Assembly: GCA_035344155.1 (NCBI GenBank)
Contig: DAORAL010000003.1
Location: forward strand, 132,402-196,401
Reading direction: 5' to 3'
Length of the DNA stretch: 64,000 nt
Source: Phycisphaerae bacterium
Lineage (GTDB): Bacteria; Planctomycetota; Phycisphaerae; UBA1845
The notes beneath the pieces are model-generated. The model saw only the letters and a list, made by a program, of their open reading frames with translations. It searched no databases and was not told where the DNA came from. The position numbers and the translations under genes were made by a program. Shown here in pieces: positions 1 through 9,718 of the stretch (position 1 is the stretch's first letter; every line of letters begins with the position of its first letter).

Positions 1-1
1 C

Positions 2-769
2 CTGTCTGAGGACTTCGACGGCGAGATTCCGGATGGGAATGCACGCTCGATATCCAACGACGGGCAGGTCATCATCGGCAGCATTTCAACATCAATGGGC
101 ATGCGGATGTTCCGGTGGCAATCGGATGTGATGGAAGCAATCGCAAATCCAACCGGCGGTACTGCGCCATTCGCACGTTCTCTCTCCGCCGATGGTTCGG
201 TCATCGTGGGTCATGCGACGATTGCACCGGGGCACGTTGAAGCGTTTCGCTGGGCAGACGGCGCGTATCAGTTTCTCGGCGATCTGCCTGGAGGTGCGAT
301 GGACAGTCGAGCGATTGACGTATCAGCCGACGGTTCGGTGGTCGTGGGGGCGTCGAGTGGTTCAAATGGGCTTGCGCCGTTTGTCTGGGATGCCGGGCAT
401 GGGCTGCGCGATCTGGACGAGGTGTTGCGCGTTCGATTGAAACTCGATCTTGACGGTTGGACATTGTCAGAGGCTGTCGGTGTCAGCGGAGACGGTCGAA
501 CCATTGCGGGCAAAGGTCTCAACCCACTCGGAAAGTCCGAGGCATGGATCGCGCATGTCGGCTGTGCCTTGGGCGACTTTGACGGATCGGAATCCGTGAA
601 CCTTGCGGACTACTCAAGCTTTGCGGATTGCCTCGGTGGTCCAGCGTTTGCTCCCGATCCCAACGCGGCTGACGTGACTGCGCAGGCTTGTGTCGAAGCG
701 TTTGATTTCGACTGCAACGACCGCGTTGACCTGCTCGATGCCGCCATATTTCAGCGGGTATTCAACTAG
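2..769 (+). CDS. HAF-type extracellular repeat protein (5' end outside window) with C-terminal dockerin/EF-hand-like two-Cys module
   Basis: The frame of ORF 95..769 stays open back to base 2 (LSEDFDGEIPDGNARSISNDGQVIIGS...). It has repeated S(A/N)DGSV(I/V)VG ... AF(R/V)W units. The tail reads GDFDGSESVNLADYSSFADCLGGP...FDFDCNDRVDLLDAAIF. Confidence 0.6.
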   Translation: MSEDFDGEIPDGNARSISNDGQVIIGSISTSMGMRMFRWQSDVMEAIANPTGGTAPFARSLSADGSVIVGHATIAPGHVEAFRWADGAYQFLGDLPGGAMDSRAIDVSADGSVVVGASSGSNGLAPFVWDAGHGLRDLDEVLRVRLKLDLDGWTLSEAVGVSGDGRTIAGKGLNPLGKSEAWIAHVGCALGDFDGSESVNLADYSSFADCLGGPAFAPDPNAADVTAQACVEAFDFDCNDRVDLLDAAIFQRVFN

Positions 770-790
770 AAACGCACCGGATGCGCCGGG

Positions 791-830
791 CAATTCATCC
801 ACTGCGCAATTCATCCACTGAACAATTCGA
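791..830. repeat. 2.5 copies of a 16-nt tandem direct repeat (CAATTCATCCACTG+2 nt) in a convergent intergenic gap
   Basis: CAATTCATCCACTG occurs at 791..804 and again at 807..820. A partial third copy CAATTCGA lies at 823..830. Confidence 0.8.
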
Positions 831-844
831 TTGCTTTGATTCAA

Positions 845-1150
845 CTATGAATTCGCACCGATGTATTCGGCGCCAATGAGAAACAGATCGGCGTGGAGGC
901 GGTTGATCCTTCGAACGAAAGCGCACTTCTTATCTGGTTCAACATCTTTGGAGTTCTGGATGATCGTTTCGATGTCCATGCCTTCGATCGGGGCGTGTCC
1001 GCTACGGGTGACAAACGCCAGTCCTTGAGATGAAGATTCAAGCAACCACCCACAATGCGTATTGGACGCGAGCGGCGAATTCCAGAAGACTGACTCACTG
1101 CGAAACTCGCGATCGGCGCTGCGCTTCTCATGAACGGTTTGACGATTCAT
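845..1150 (-). CDS. Small PilZ-like protein (variant motifs)
   Basis: 101 aa. KRSADR (RxxxR) is followed about 22 aa later by ESSSQG, a (D/N)xSxxG motif with E in the first position. Its start overlaps the upstream stop as ATGA (1147..1150). Confidence 0.4.
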   Translation of the reverse strand: MNRQTVHEKRSADREFRSESVFWNSPLASNTHCGWLLESSSQGLAFVTRSGHAPIEGMDIETIIQNSKDVEPDKKCAFVRRINRLHADLFLIGAEYIGANS

Positions 1151-1473
1151 TTACTTTCCCCACAATCAGGTGCGCCTTTGAATTCAGCGGCTACGATCAC
1201 ATCGCGGCTTGAGATTTCATCGATCCGCACGACTTCGAGTTGTCGGTTCCACGGTCGACCATGAATCTTGAGATCGAGAAACGCGCCGAGTTTCGGTGCG
1301 GTACTACGATAGGTCATAAGAGCCGCTCCGCTGTCTGAGTACTCGATCAGGCGGCACCGGCCGGTGTCTCCGTCGTGCTCACAAATCCACGTCACCCACG
1401 ATTTAATGAAGCTGCGCAGCCCCCGGCGGCGTCCCGGCTCCCTGCGTATGTGATTTCGTCGATCAATCGGCAT
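1147..1473 (-). CDS. Small PilZ-like protein (variant motifs)
   Basis: 108 aa. RRNHIRR (RRxxxR) lies near the N-terminus and EYSDSG about 34 aa later. It is translationally coupled to the next gene. Confidence 0.4.
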   Translation of the reverse strand: MPIDRRNHIRREPGRRRGLRSFIKSWVTWICEHDGDTGRCRLIEYSDSGAALMTYRSTAPKLGAFLDLKIHGRPWNRQLEVVRIDEISSRDVIVAAEFKGAPDCGESK

Positions 1474-1484
1474 TTTGCGTGCTC

Positions 1485-1703
1485 CTAGGATTCAATCTCA
1501 GCCACAAACTTAAATGCGGGGGCGGTTGCATCGACGATGCGCCGAACGATGGCGGTTTTGCATCCCAGTCGTTCAGCCAACTCCGGTGAAATTCGAATCC
1601 GTGAATCCAGCTTGGGCTTCCTGCCGTTTTCAACCAAAATCATGAGGCCATTCAGCGATCGTTCTTTGAGCAGTCCAGTGCGTGTCATTTGACCTCGATT
1701 CAT
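1485..1703 (-). CDS. Hypothetical small protein, possible HTH (ISPELAERLGCKTAIVRRIV); start uncertain
   Basis: ORF 1485..1910 lies directly upstream of the two PilZ-like genes on the same strand. The N-terminal 70 aa look non-coding, so internal Met70 was taken as the start. Confidence 0.25.
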   Translation of the reverse strand: MNRGQMTRTGLLKERSLNGLMILVENGRKPKLDSRIRISPELAERLGCKTAIVRRIVDATAPAFKFVAEIES

Positions 1704-2029
1704 TCGCCAACGGATGACCTTGTTTGTCGACCACCGCGCCGAATGACGACGTTCATCGTTGCTGCAACTGACATGTGCCGGAATCCACTGCATGACGTTG
1801 ATCAATCTCACTGTGACAACCCGTCGGTCCAAGCGACTATTCTTTCGGTGCCCCAATCCGGCATGCTTTATGAATAACCCTGTGCGGACGGAGAGTGAAC
1901 TCTGTCCCAAAATCGTTTCGACACGTTGGATCGCAAAGCAGAACTTATCAACCCGGGGTTTTTGAGACGTAAGGGGACCGACTTCGAGGGAATCTGGTCG
2001 CGCGAACGTTGATCCTGGTTCAATAACTC

Positions 2030-3172
2030 TTAGATCAATAGCTGACGAGTGACGGGGGTGCGGTTGCGGACGGCGTCGACGAACTTGGCGAAGACGTATG
2101 CTGCATCGTGCGGGCCCGGACTTGCCTCCGGGTGAAACTGCACCGTCATGATCTGCTTGTCGGCGTGAATGAAACCCTCGACGCTTTGATCGTTGAGGTT
2201 GATGTGGGTAATCTCCGCGCCAACGCCCTCCAGGGACGCGGCGTCAACCGCGAATCCATGGTTCTGGCTGGTGATTTCGACGCGGTCTGCCGGCTTGTTC
2301 AATACGGGCAAATTCCCGCCATGGTGCCCGAAATTCAACTTGAACGTCTTCGCCCCCAGCGCCAACGCCAACATCTGATGACCGAGGCAGATGCCCAATA
2401 TCGGAACATCACCCGCCAATTCTGCCAGCAACTCGATCGTCGTACCGACAGCCGCAGGGTCACCGGGCCCGTTGCCCACCAGGATTCCATCGGGGGCCAA
2501 CTCCCTGACGCGCCCAGCCGACACGTTCGGCGGGGCGACGGTGACTTGGCATCCCAATTCTGCAAGATGCCGAAGGATGTTGTGTTTGATCCCGCAATCC
2601 AGTGCCACGACGTGACACGTTTTCTCGCCGGCATTGATCTCCGAGGCTGTCGGTTCGCCGAGGCGTTCGGTCCACTCGCGTTCGGTTTCCGATGCGACGC
2701 GTTCGGCCAAGTTGGCGCCTTCCATCGACGGCGCTTCGCGGGCGAGACGCACCATCTCGGCTTCGTCGCTGATTTCCGTCGAAATCACGCCGCGAACCGC
2801 GCCTTGCGAGCGAATGCGCCTGGCGATGGCCCGCGTGTCGATGTTGCTGATGCCGATGACGTTGTGCTCGATGAGAAATTCTTCAAGCGCGCCCGTCGCG
2901 CGGAAGTTACTCGGACGTCTGGGCAAATCCTTGACCACAAATCCCGAAAGCTGCGGGCGAAGCGACTCGAAGTCCTGCGGATTCACGCCATAGTTGCCGA
3001 TCTGCGGAAACGTCATCGTCACAATCTGACCGCAATACGACGGATCGGTGAAGATCTCCTGGTACCCGGTCAGTGATGTGTTGAAGACGACCTCACCCAC
3101 GCTCGTGCCCGTCGCGCCGAACGATTGACCCGAAAACACAAAGCCGTTTTCCAATGCCAGCTTGCAGATCAT
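2030..3172 (-). CDS. carA: Carbamoyl-phosphate synthase small (glutaminase) subunit
   Basis: Motifs [31 protein letters not shown] and [12 protein letters not shown] are present. The start [10 protein letters not shown] at 3172 overlaps the carB stop as ATGA. Confidence 0.95.
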   Translation of the reverse strand: MICKLALENGFVFSGQSFGATGTSVGEVVFNTSLTGYQEIFTDPSYCGQIVTMTFPQIGNYGVNPQDFESLRPQLSGFVVKDLPRRPSNFRATGALEEFLIEHNVIGISNIDTRAIARRIRSQGAVRGVISTEISDEAEMVRLAREAPSMEGANLAERVASETEREWTERLGEPTASEINAGEKTCHVVALDCGIKHNILRHLAELGCQVTVAPPNVSAGRVRELAPDGILVGNGPGDPAAVGTTIELLAELAGDVPILGICLGHQMLALALGAKTFKLNFGHHGGNLPVLNKPADRVEITSQNHGFAVDAASLEGVGAEITHINLNDQSVEGFIHADKQIMTVQFHPEASPGPHDAAYVFAKFVDAVRNRTPVTRQLLI

Positions 3173-6100
3173 CGCATGCGCTCCCCTGCCGCCACCAGAT
3201 TCGCGTGAATCGCGAGGTAATCCTGAAGCGCTTTGACGGTGGATTTGCCTTCTTTCAGCGAGCGGATCGCGCCGACAACCGCTTTCGCGCCGGCCAGCGT
3301 GGTGATTAGTGGAATTCCGCGCCCAATCGATGCCGCCCGCCATCGCCCTTCGTCCGATGCACTGCCGGTATGGATCGGCGTGTTGATTAAGAGGTCGAGC
3401 GCCCCGGATTTGATCAGGTCGAGCAGGAACGGATGTTCGCCATCGGCGTATTTGGAAACGATCGCCGTCTCGATGCCCTGCTCAGCCAGCACGTTGTGCG
3501 TGCCAATCGTTGACACCAGTTCGAATCCCAATTCTTTCAATTCGCGGGCCACCGAGATAATGCGCGGTTTGTCGGGATCATTGACGCTGACAAGGGCTTT
3601 TCCCGATGTGGGCAGTCTAGTGCCAGCCGCCAGCATCGCTTTTGCAAAGGCGGCTGGAAATGTTTCGTCGATTCCCATCACTTCACCGGTGCTGCGCATC
3701 TCCGGTCCGAGCACGCAGTCAACCCCGGCGAATCGGTTGAACGGGAAGACCGGCGCTTTGACGGCCACGTGGCGTGGTGCGAGCGGTTCACCAACGCCGA
3801 CATCCGCCAGCGCTTCGGTAAGCGTGCGGCCCAGCATCAGTTGCGTCGCGATTTTGGCCCAAGGGATTCCAGTGGCTTTGCTGACGAACGGGATGGTGCG
3901 CGACGCCCGCGGATTAACCTCGATGATGTAGACCACGCGACCCTGCACGGCGAACTGCACGTTCATCAAACCGCACACGCCTAGGCGGCGCGCGAGCAGT
4001 TTGGTCTGGTGCTTGATTTCGTCGACGAGCGAAGGCGACAGGCTATAAGGCGGAAGCACGCAGCAACTGTCACCGCTGTGGATGCCGGCTTCTTCGATGT
4101 GCTCCATGATGCCGCAAATGTCGCAGCGGGCTTCGGCTGGATCGCGATGCGGCTGACCGTAATCGCTGACCGCATCGACATCGACTTCGACGGCATCGAG
4201 CAGGAACTTTTCGACGAGGATCGGATGCTGCGCGTTGGATTGCGGGTCGCGATCGGTCGCCTGCAAGGCATGGTCGATGTAGCGCTCGAGGTCTTGCGGG
4301 TTGTTGCAAATCTCCATCCCGCGCCCGCCAAGGACATACGATGGTCGGGCCAACACCGGGTAACCGATTTCCTCCGCGATCGACATCGCTTCGTCTTTGG
4401 AGAGGGCGATGCCATTGGGCGGTTGGCGCAGACCGAGTTCGTGGAGCACCTGCTGGAAGTGCTGGCGATCCTCGGCTGAGTGAATGCTTTCGGGCGTCGT
4501 GCCCAGAATCGGAACGCCCGCATCTTTTAACTTCTGTGCGAGGTTCAGCGGTGTCTGCCCACCGAACTGCACGATCACACCGCGCAGGTAACCGGTGTGC
4601 TCCGGAGAAAACGGACCGTTGTTGAGTCGTTCGCAGATGTTAAAGACATTTTCATGCGTCAACGGTTCAAAAAAGAGCAGGTCGCTCGTGTCGTAGTCGG
4701 TGCTGACGGTTTCCGGATTGGAGTTGACCATCACCGACTCGAACCCCAGCCCCCGCGCCGCCTGCGATGCATGCACGCAGCAATAGTCGAACTCAATTCC
4801 CTGTCCAATGCGATTCGGTCCGCCGCCCAGCACGATGACTTTCGGGCGATCGGTTACTTTCAACTCGTCGTCGTGCGATTCGACAAGGATGTGTTCATCA
4901 TCGATCGCCCGGCAGCGATACACCGAGTCGACGCCGTTTTCGCGCAGGGCTTGCTGGAGTGCGCCGTTACCCGTACCGCTAGGTTGCTTCAATTCGGCGG
5001 CGGCGCTTCTGCTCTTGATCACCTGCGCGATCGGTTTCTCGTGCGTTGAATAGAAGTAGGGCGTGTACGCTTCAAACTCAGCCGCACACGTATCGACCTG
5101 CTTGTACTTTGCCCGGTCGAATCGATTCTTGATGAGTGCCAGCGTGGACGAGTCGATCCGCCAGATGCTTTGCAGTTGGGCGTCGTCGTATCCGAAGCGC
5201 TTGGCCTGTTGGAAGATATCCTCCAACTCGACCGTCATGCGAAGCGCGGGCAGGTTGCGCACCTCGAAGGCAGCTAGCTTCTGCTCGAATTGGACCAACT
5301 CATCAAATTGATCGAGGAACCATGGATCGATTCCAGACAATTCATGAACGCGCTCGACCGACCACCCTTGCTTGAGTGCGTATCGAATGTAATAGATGCG
5401 ACCCTGACATGGCGTCTTGATCTTCGCGATGAGCACCTCATCGGGCACCGGCCACTTCGTCCACGCTTGCTCAAGCCAATCGCCCGGCGCTTCCGCGAGT
5501 GAACTCGATTGGACTGCAGCCTGCCGGGGCGACGCATCCTGTCCGAAGGCATCCAGCCAGACCGCGCCATCGTCAGCCGCGTTCGATGGCGCTTCCCCTT
5601 CGGCCATCAACCACTTGTCATTGACGCCAAGGCCATACCCGACGCGCTTGATTTCCATCGAGCGGATGCATTTTTGGAACGCTTCCTTGAACGTGCGACC
5701 GATCGCCATCGCTTCACCGACCGACTTCATCGATGTGGTGAGCGTCTCGTCGGCATCGCGGAATTTTTCGAAGGCGAAACGCGGCATCTTCACGACGCAG
5801 TAGTCGATCACCGGTTCAAAGCTGGCTGGCGTTTCGCGGGTGATGTCGTTGGGCAGTTCGTCGAGCGAATATCCGATCGCCAACTTGGTTGCGATCTTGG
5901 CGATGGGAAACCCCGTCGCTTTCGACGCCAATGCCGACGATCGCGACACCCGCGGGTTCATTTCGATCACGACAAGCCGGCCATCTTTCGGGTTGACCGC
6001 GAATTGAATGTTCGACCCGCCGGTTTCGACGCCGACGGCGCGGATGATCTTGATCGCCGCGTCGCGCATCCGCTGATATTCCCGGTCCGAAAGCGTCATC

Positions 6101-6873
6101 GCTGGGGCGACAGTGATGGAGTCGCCGGTATGAACCCCCATTGGATCGAGGTTTTCGATCGAGCAGACGACCACCACGTTGTCCTTGTGGTCGCGCATCA
6201 TCTCGAGTTCGAATTCCTTCCAACCCGTCAGGTCCTCTTCGATGAGCACTTCGCTGACCCGCGATTGATTCAGTCCGTCTTTGACGATGCGCTCGAATGC
6301 TTCGAGTGAGCTGGCCATCCCGCCGCCCACGCCCCCGAGCGTATATGCAGGTCTTATGCATACGGGTAGTTGCACGTCTTTGAGGATTTCGAGCGCTTCG
6401 TCGAAGGTGTGGGCGATTCCGGATCGGGGCAGACCGATACCGGCTTGGATCATGGTCTGCTTGAATGCGTCGCGGTCTTCGGCCCGATGAATCGTCTCGC
6501 GATCGGCGCCGATGAGCCGCACGTTTTGACGTTCGAGGACGCCATGTTCTGCGGCTTCCATCGCGCAGTTCAAACCGGTTTGCCCACCGAGCGTTGGCAG
6601 GATCGCGTCGACCGGTGTGCCACGCTTGGCTTCGATTGTGAGGATTTCTTCGAGGACTTCCCAGTTGATCGGCTCGATGTAGGTTCGATCCGCCAACTGG
6701 GGGTCGGTCATGATTGTGGCTGGATTACTGTTTAGAAGGACAACGCTGACGCCTTCTTCGCGAAGCGCCCGGCATGCCTGCGTTCCGGAATAGTCGAATT
6801 CACAAGCTTGGCCAATGACAATAGGACCACTTCCGATGATGAGTACGCGGTTGATGGACGGGTGCCGGGGCAT
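3169..6873 (-). CDS. carB: Carbamoyl-phosphate synthase large subunit, with extra segments in the oligomerisation region
   Basis: It has [24 protein letters not shown] and a second half with [23 protein letters not shown]. An MGS-like tail is present. Start taken at [14 protein letters not shown] (6873). Confidence 0.95.
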   Translation of the reverse strand: MPRHPSINRVLIIGSGPIVIGQACEFDYSGTQACRALREEGVSVVLLNSNPATIMTDPQLADRTYIEPINWEVLEEILTIEAKRGTPVDAILPTLGGQTGLNCAMEAAEHGVLERQNVRLIGADRETIHRAEDRDAFKQTMIQAGIGLPRSGIAHTFDEALEILKDVQLPVCIRPAYTLGGVGGGMASSLEAFERIVKDGLNQSRVSEVLIEEDLTGWKEFELEMMRDHKDNVVVVCSIENLDPMGVHTGDSITVAPAMTLSDREYQRMRDAAIKIIRAVGVETGGSNIQFAVNPKDGRLVVIEMNPRVSRSSALASKATGFPIAKIATKLAIGYSLDELPNDITRETPASFEPVIDYCVVKMPRFAFEKFRDADETLTTSMKSVGEAMAIGRTFKEAFQKCIRSMEIKRVGYGLGVNDKWLMAEGEAPSNAADDGAVWLDAFGQDASPRQAAVQSSSLAEAPGDWLEQAWTKWPVPDEVLIAKIKTPCQGRIYYIRYALKQGWSVERVHELSGIDPWFLDQFDELVQFEQKLAAFEVRNLPALRMTVELEDIFQQAKRFGYDDAQLQSIWRIDSSTLALIKNRFDRAKYKQVDTCAAEFEAYTPYFYSTHEKPIAQVIKSRSAAAELKQPSGTGNGALQQALRENGVDSVYRCRAIDDEHILVESHDDELKVTDRPKVIVLGGGPNRIGQGIEFDYCCVHASQAARGLGFESVMVNSNPETVSTDYDTSDLLFFEPLTHENVFNICERLNNGPFSPEHTGYLRGVIVQFGGQTPLNLAQKLKDAGVPILGTTPESIHSAEDRQHFQQVLHELGLRQPPNGIALSKDEAMSIAEEIGYPVLARPSYVLGGRGMEICNNPQDLERYIDHALQATDRDPQSNAQHPILVEKFLLDAVEVDVDAVSDYGQPHRDPAEARCDICGIMEHIEEAGIHSGDSCCVLPPYSLSPSLVDEIKHQTKLLARRLGVCGLMNVQFAVQGRVVYIIEVNPRASRTIPFVSKATGIPWAKIATQLMLGRTLTEALADVGVGEPLAPRHVAVKAPVFPFNRFAGVDCVLGPEMRSTGEVMGIDETFPAAFAKAMLAAGTRLPTSGKALVSVNDPDKPRIISVARELKELGFELVSTIGTHNVLAEQGIETAIVSKYADGEHPFLLDLIKSGALDLLINTPIHTGSASDEGRWRAASIGRGIPLITTLAGAKAVVGAIRSLKEGKSTVKALQDYLAIHANLVAAGERMR

Positions 6874-7379
6874 GGCGTCGGCGTTCCTCGCGTTTGGGCT
6901 TGACGTGCGACTTGTCGCACAAGTTGAGGGGAACATAGCAAAGTCTGAGGATGGTTCAACGCCTGAATTCTCAAAGCGATGTTGAATTGTTCCGAATGCA
7001 CCGGTGCAAACGCGCAAGCGTCAGTTGGTGTTGCATATTACGCTTGCGACGAATGAGCAGGACAACGCGCGGAATGACCCGAACCTGACCGCGCGGCTTG
7101 GGATGCAAACGACGGTGTCATATTTTCAACCGGACAAATTGATTTCAAATCGCGCAAGTTTTTTCTCTGCCAACTGTTTTGATCGATGCGATTCCGATGG
7201 CGGAAGCGCGTGGTCGGAAAACTCACAGCCGACGACGTGCGGGGGCTGTGAGTTGTTCGTCACCGCTTCTTGGGCAGAATCCGATGGGTTGGAACTGATA
7301 GGGTAGCCGTCGAAATCGGTGATTTTGTGATGGACTCGGTTTTCGACTACAGTTGCGGCTGGCAGCGGAAATAAAGGCA

Positions 7380-7393
7380 TGCAAGCGCTTTCA
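7380..7393. promoter_or_regulatory. LacI/CcpA-type operator TGCAAGCGCTTTCA
   Basis: 14-bp near-palindrome 15-28 nt upstream of the GH3 start. It differs by one base from the perfect palindrome at 13806 and is the reverse complement of the site at 20281. Confidence 0.7.
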
Positions 7394-7407
7394 TCAGGCT
7401 CCTGGAG

Positions 7408-9693
7408 ATGCACCCCATGAACAAAGGCTTTCGTCATCGCGCCGGGCGGCTGAGCGCATTGCTGGCATTGGTACTGCTCGCTGGATACGTGTCGCGTGCA
7501 GAGGCTGACGCCCCCCAAGCCGGGCAAGTGGCGGCATCGAAGCGCGTTGAAGAATTGCTGGGCGCGATGTCGCTTGAAGAAAAGCTCGGGCAGTTGACCC
7601 AGCGGCCCGGCGGCATGCGTTCAGACGACAACCCCGAAGTCGCCCGCACCAAACTTGAAGATCTCAAAACGGAAATTCGCGAAGGTCGGGTTGGTTCGCT
7701 CCTCGGCGCGTTCGGCGCGGAATACATCAACGACCTGCAACGGGTGGCTGTCGAAGAATCGAAGCACGGCATTCCGCTGATCATTGGTAACGACATCATC
7801 CATGGCTGCCGAACGACCTTCCCCATCCCGCTGGCGGAAGCCGCGAGTTGGGATTTGAAACTTGTCGAACGCAGTGCGCACATCGCTGCCGTCGAAGCCG
7901 CTGCCTCCGGAACCGATTGGACCTTCGCCCCGATGGTCGACATCTGCCGCGACCCGCGGTGGGGACGGGTGGCTGAAGGCTCGGGCGAAGACCCATACCT
8001 TGGCGCGCAAATGGCAGCTGCCCGCGTTCGCGGGTTTCAAGGGCGCGATCTGCGAGCGCCCGATTCGCTGCTTGCCTGCGCGAAACACTTCGCCGCGTAC
8101 GGTGCGCCGGAAGCGGGGAAGGATTACAACACCGTCGACATTTCGCTCGCAACGTTTTTCGAAGTGCATCTGCCGCCGTTTCGAGCGGCTGTCGATGCGG
8201 GCGTTGGAACATTGATGAGCGCGTTCAACGAAATCAACGGCGTGCCCGCAACCGCAAACCGATTCCTGATGACCGACATACTGCGAAGGCAATGGGGATT
8301 CGACGGATTCGTTGTCAGCGACTGGACAGCCGTCACCGAACTTGTCGCGCATGGTTATGCCCGCGACGAAGCCGATGCGGCCGCCCTTGCGATTCATGCC
8401 GGTGTGGACATGGACATGACGTCGCAGGCGTTTCGCACGCATCTCGCGAAAGCGGTTGACGAAGCCCGCATCGATATCCGCACGATCGATGAAGCCGTCC
8501 GCCGCGTCTTGATGGGCAAGGAATCGATCGGGCTTTTTGAAAACCCGTACACCGATACGACGCTACACGACAAGGTGATACTCTGCGACGAACATCGCCA
8601 TGCCGCGCGCGAGTCCGCCGGGCGCTCGATGGTCCTTCTCAAAAACGAGGGATCCGTTTTGCCCTTAAATTCCAGCGTCAAGAAGATCGCGCTCATCGGT
8701 CCATTGGCTGACAACCAGCGCGAGTTACTGGGTACGTGGGCGTCTATCGGGAAGGCTGAAGACGTCATCGCGATCCGCACCGCGCTAACGGAAGCCGTTG
8801 GGGACGGTGTCGACGTTGCCTACGCAAAGGGGTGCGAAATCGAAGGCGGTTATACGTCTGGTATCGCAGGCGCTGTCGAAGTCGCCAACGAAAGCGACGT
8901 TGCGATCGTGGTCGTGGGCGAGACGGCTAGCATGAGCGGTGAAGCCAGTTGCCGATCGAACATCGACCTGCCGGGACATCAACTGGAACTCGTCAAAGCG
9001 ATTCAAGCGACCGGCAAGCCGGTCGTTGTACTCGTTGCGAGTGGGCGGCCTTTGGCGATTCCTTGGGTGGCAGCAAATGTTCCTGCGATTGTGCAGATCT
9101 GGCATCCGGGTGTGGAAGCTGGGCATGCGGTGGCGGACGTTTTGTTTGGCAAGATCAATCCGTCGGCGAAGTTGCCGATCACGATTCCGCGCAACGTCGG
9201 GCAGGTTCCGATTTACTACGCCCACAAATCGACGGGTCGGCCTCCCACCGATTCCTTCTTCACGTCCAAGTACAGCGATGTGCCATGGACGCCGCTTTAT
9301 CCGTTTGGGTTTGGATTGAGTTACACAACGTTTGAATACGCCGACCTGGCATTGTCGCAAAGCAAAATGAAACCGGGCGAATCGATCACCGCCAGCGCGA
9401 CCATCACCAACACGGGCAAGGTCGCCGGCGAAGAAATCGTCCAGCTCTACATCCGCGACAAAGTGGGTTCACGCACGCGGCCGGTCCGACAGCTTCGCGG
9501 TTTCAAACGCGTGTCACTCGCACCGGGCGAATCGCAAACGGTTGAATTCAAGCTGACCGAAAATGACCTCGCCTACTGGGACAACAAGTTCGGATTCGAA
9601 GCCGAACCAGGCGATTTCACCGTATGGATCGCTCCGAACTCAGCCGACGGGTTGTCCGCGGAATTTGAACTCATCGGACAACAAAAGAACTAA
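7408..9693 (+). CDS. bglX: Secreted GH3 beta-glucosidase
   Basis: EEKLGQL, the GFDGFVVSDW nucleophile region, a fibronectin-like C-terminus and a signal peptide (LSALLALVLLAGYVSRAEA) are present. GGAG at 7404..7407 favours the second ATG at 7417 as the true start. Confidence 0.9.
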   Translation: MHPMNKGFRHRAGRLSALLALVLLAGYVSRAEADAPQAGQVAASKRVEELLGAMSLEEKLGQLTQRPGGMRSDDNPEVARTKLEDLKTEIREGRVGSLLGAFGAEYINDLQRVAVEESKHGIPLIIGNDIIHGCRTTFPIPLAEAASWDLKLVERSAHIAAVEAAASGTDWTFAPMVDICRDPRWGRVAEGSGEDPYLGAQMAAARVRGFQGRDLRAPDSLLACAKHFAAYGAPEAGKDYNTVDISLATFFEVHLPPFRAAVDAGVGTLMSAFNEINGVPATANRFLMTDILRRQWGFDGFVVSDWTAVTELVAHGYARDEADAAALAIHAGVDMDMTSQAFRTHLAKAVDEARIDIRTIDEAVRRVLMGKESIGLFENPYTDTTLHDKVILCDEHRHAARESAGRSMVLLKNEGSVLPLNSSVKKIALIGPLADNQRELLGTWASIGKAEDVIAIRTALTEAVGDGVDVAYAKGCEIEGGYTSGIAGAVEVANESDVAIVVVGETASMSGEASCRSNIDLPGHQLELVKAIQATGKPVVVLVASGRPLAIPWVAANVPAIVQIWHPGVEAGHAVADVLFGKINPSAKLPITIPRNVGQVPIYYAHKSTGRPPTDSFFTSKYSDVPWTPLYPFGFGLSYTTFEYADLALSQSKMKPGESITASATITNTGKVAGEEIVQLYIRDKVGSRTRPVRQLRGFKRVSLAPGESQTVEFKLTENDLAYWDNKFGFEAEPGDFTVWIAPNSADGLSAEFELIGQQKN

Positions 9694-9718
9694 TCGCGCG
9701 ATCCATTCGAGAAACAAT

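Noticed and set aside
2108-3076. 322-aa ORF on the plus strand
   Set aside because: It is entirely antisense to carA, whose product has unmistakable motifs. Its Arg/Ala/Gly/Pro-rich composition is typical of shadow ORFs in GC-rich DNA.
3173-3343. N-terminal extensions of the carA ORF (to 3343) and the carB ORF (6874..7017)
   Set aside because: The extensions are Arg/Ser/Gly-rich and non-homologous. In carA's case the extension overlaps the carB C-terminus. The conserved N-termini begin at the internal Met residues chosen.
9563-9718. Upstream extension of the symporter ORF, and similarly 51853..52140 for the sigma-factor ORF
   Set aside because: The extensions overlap the 3' ends of bglX and the malic enzyme gene in another frame and encode low-complexity sequence. 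The internal ATG gives a canonical N-terminus.
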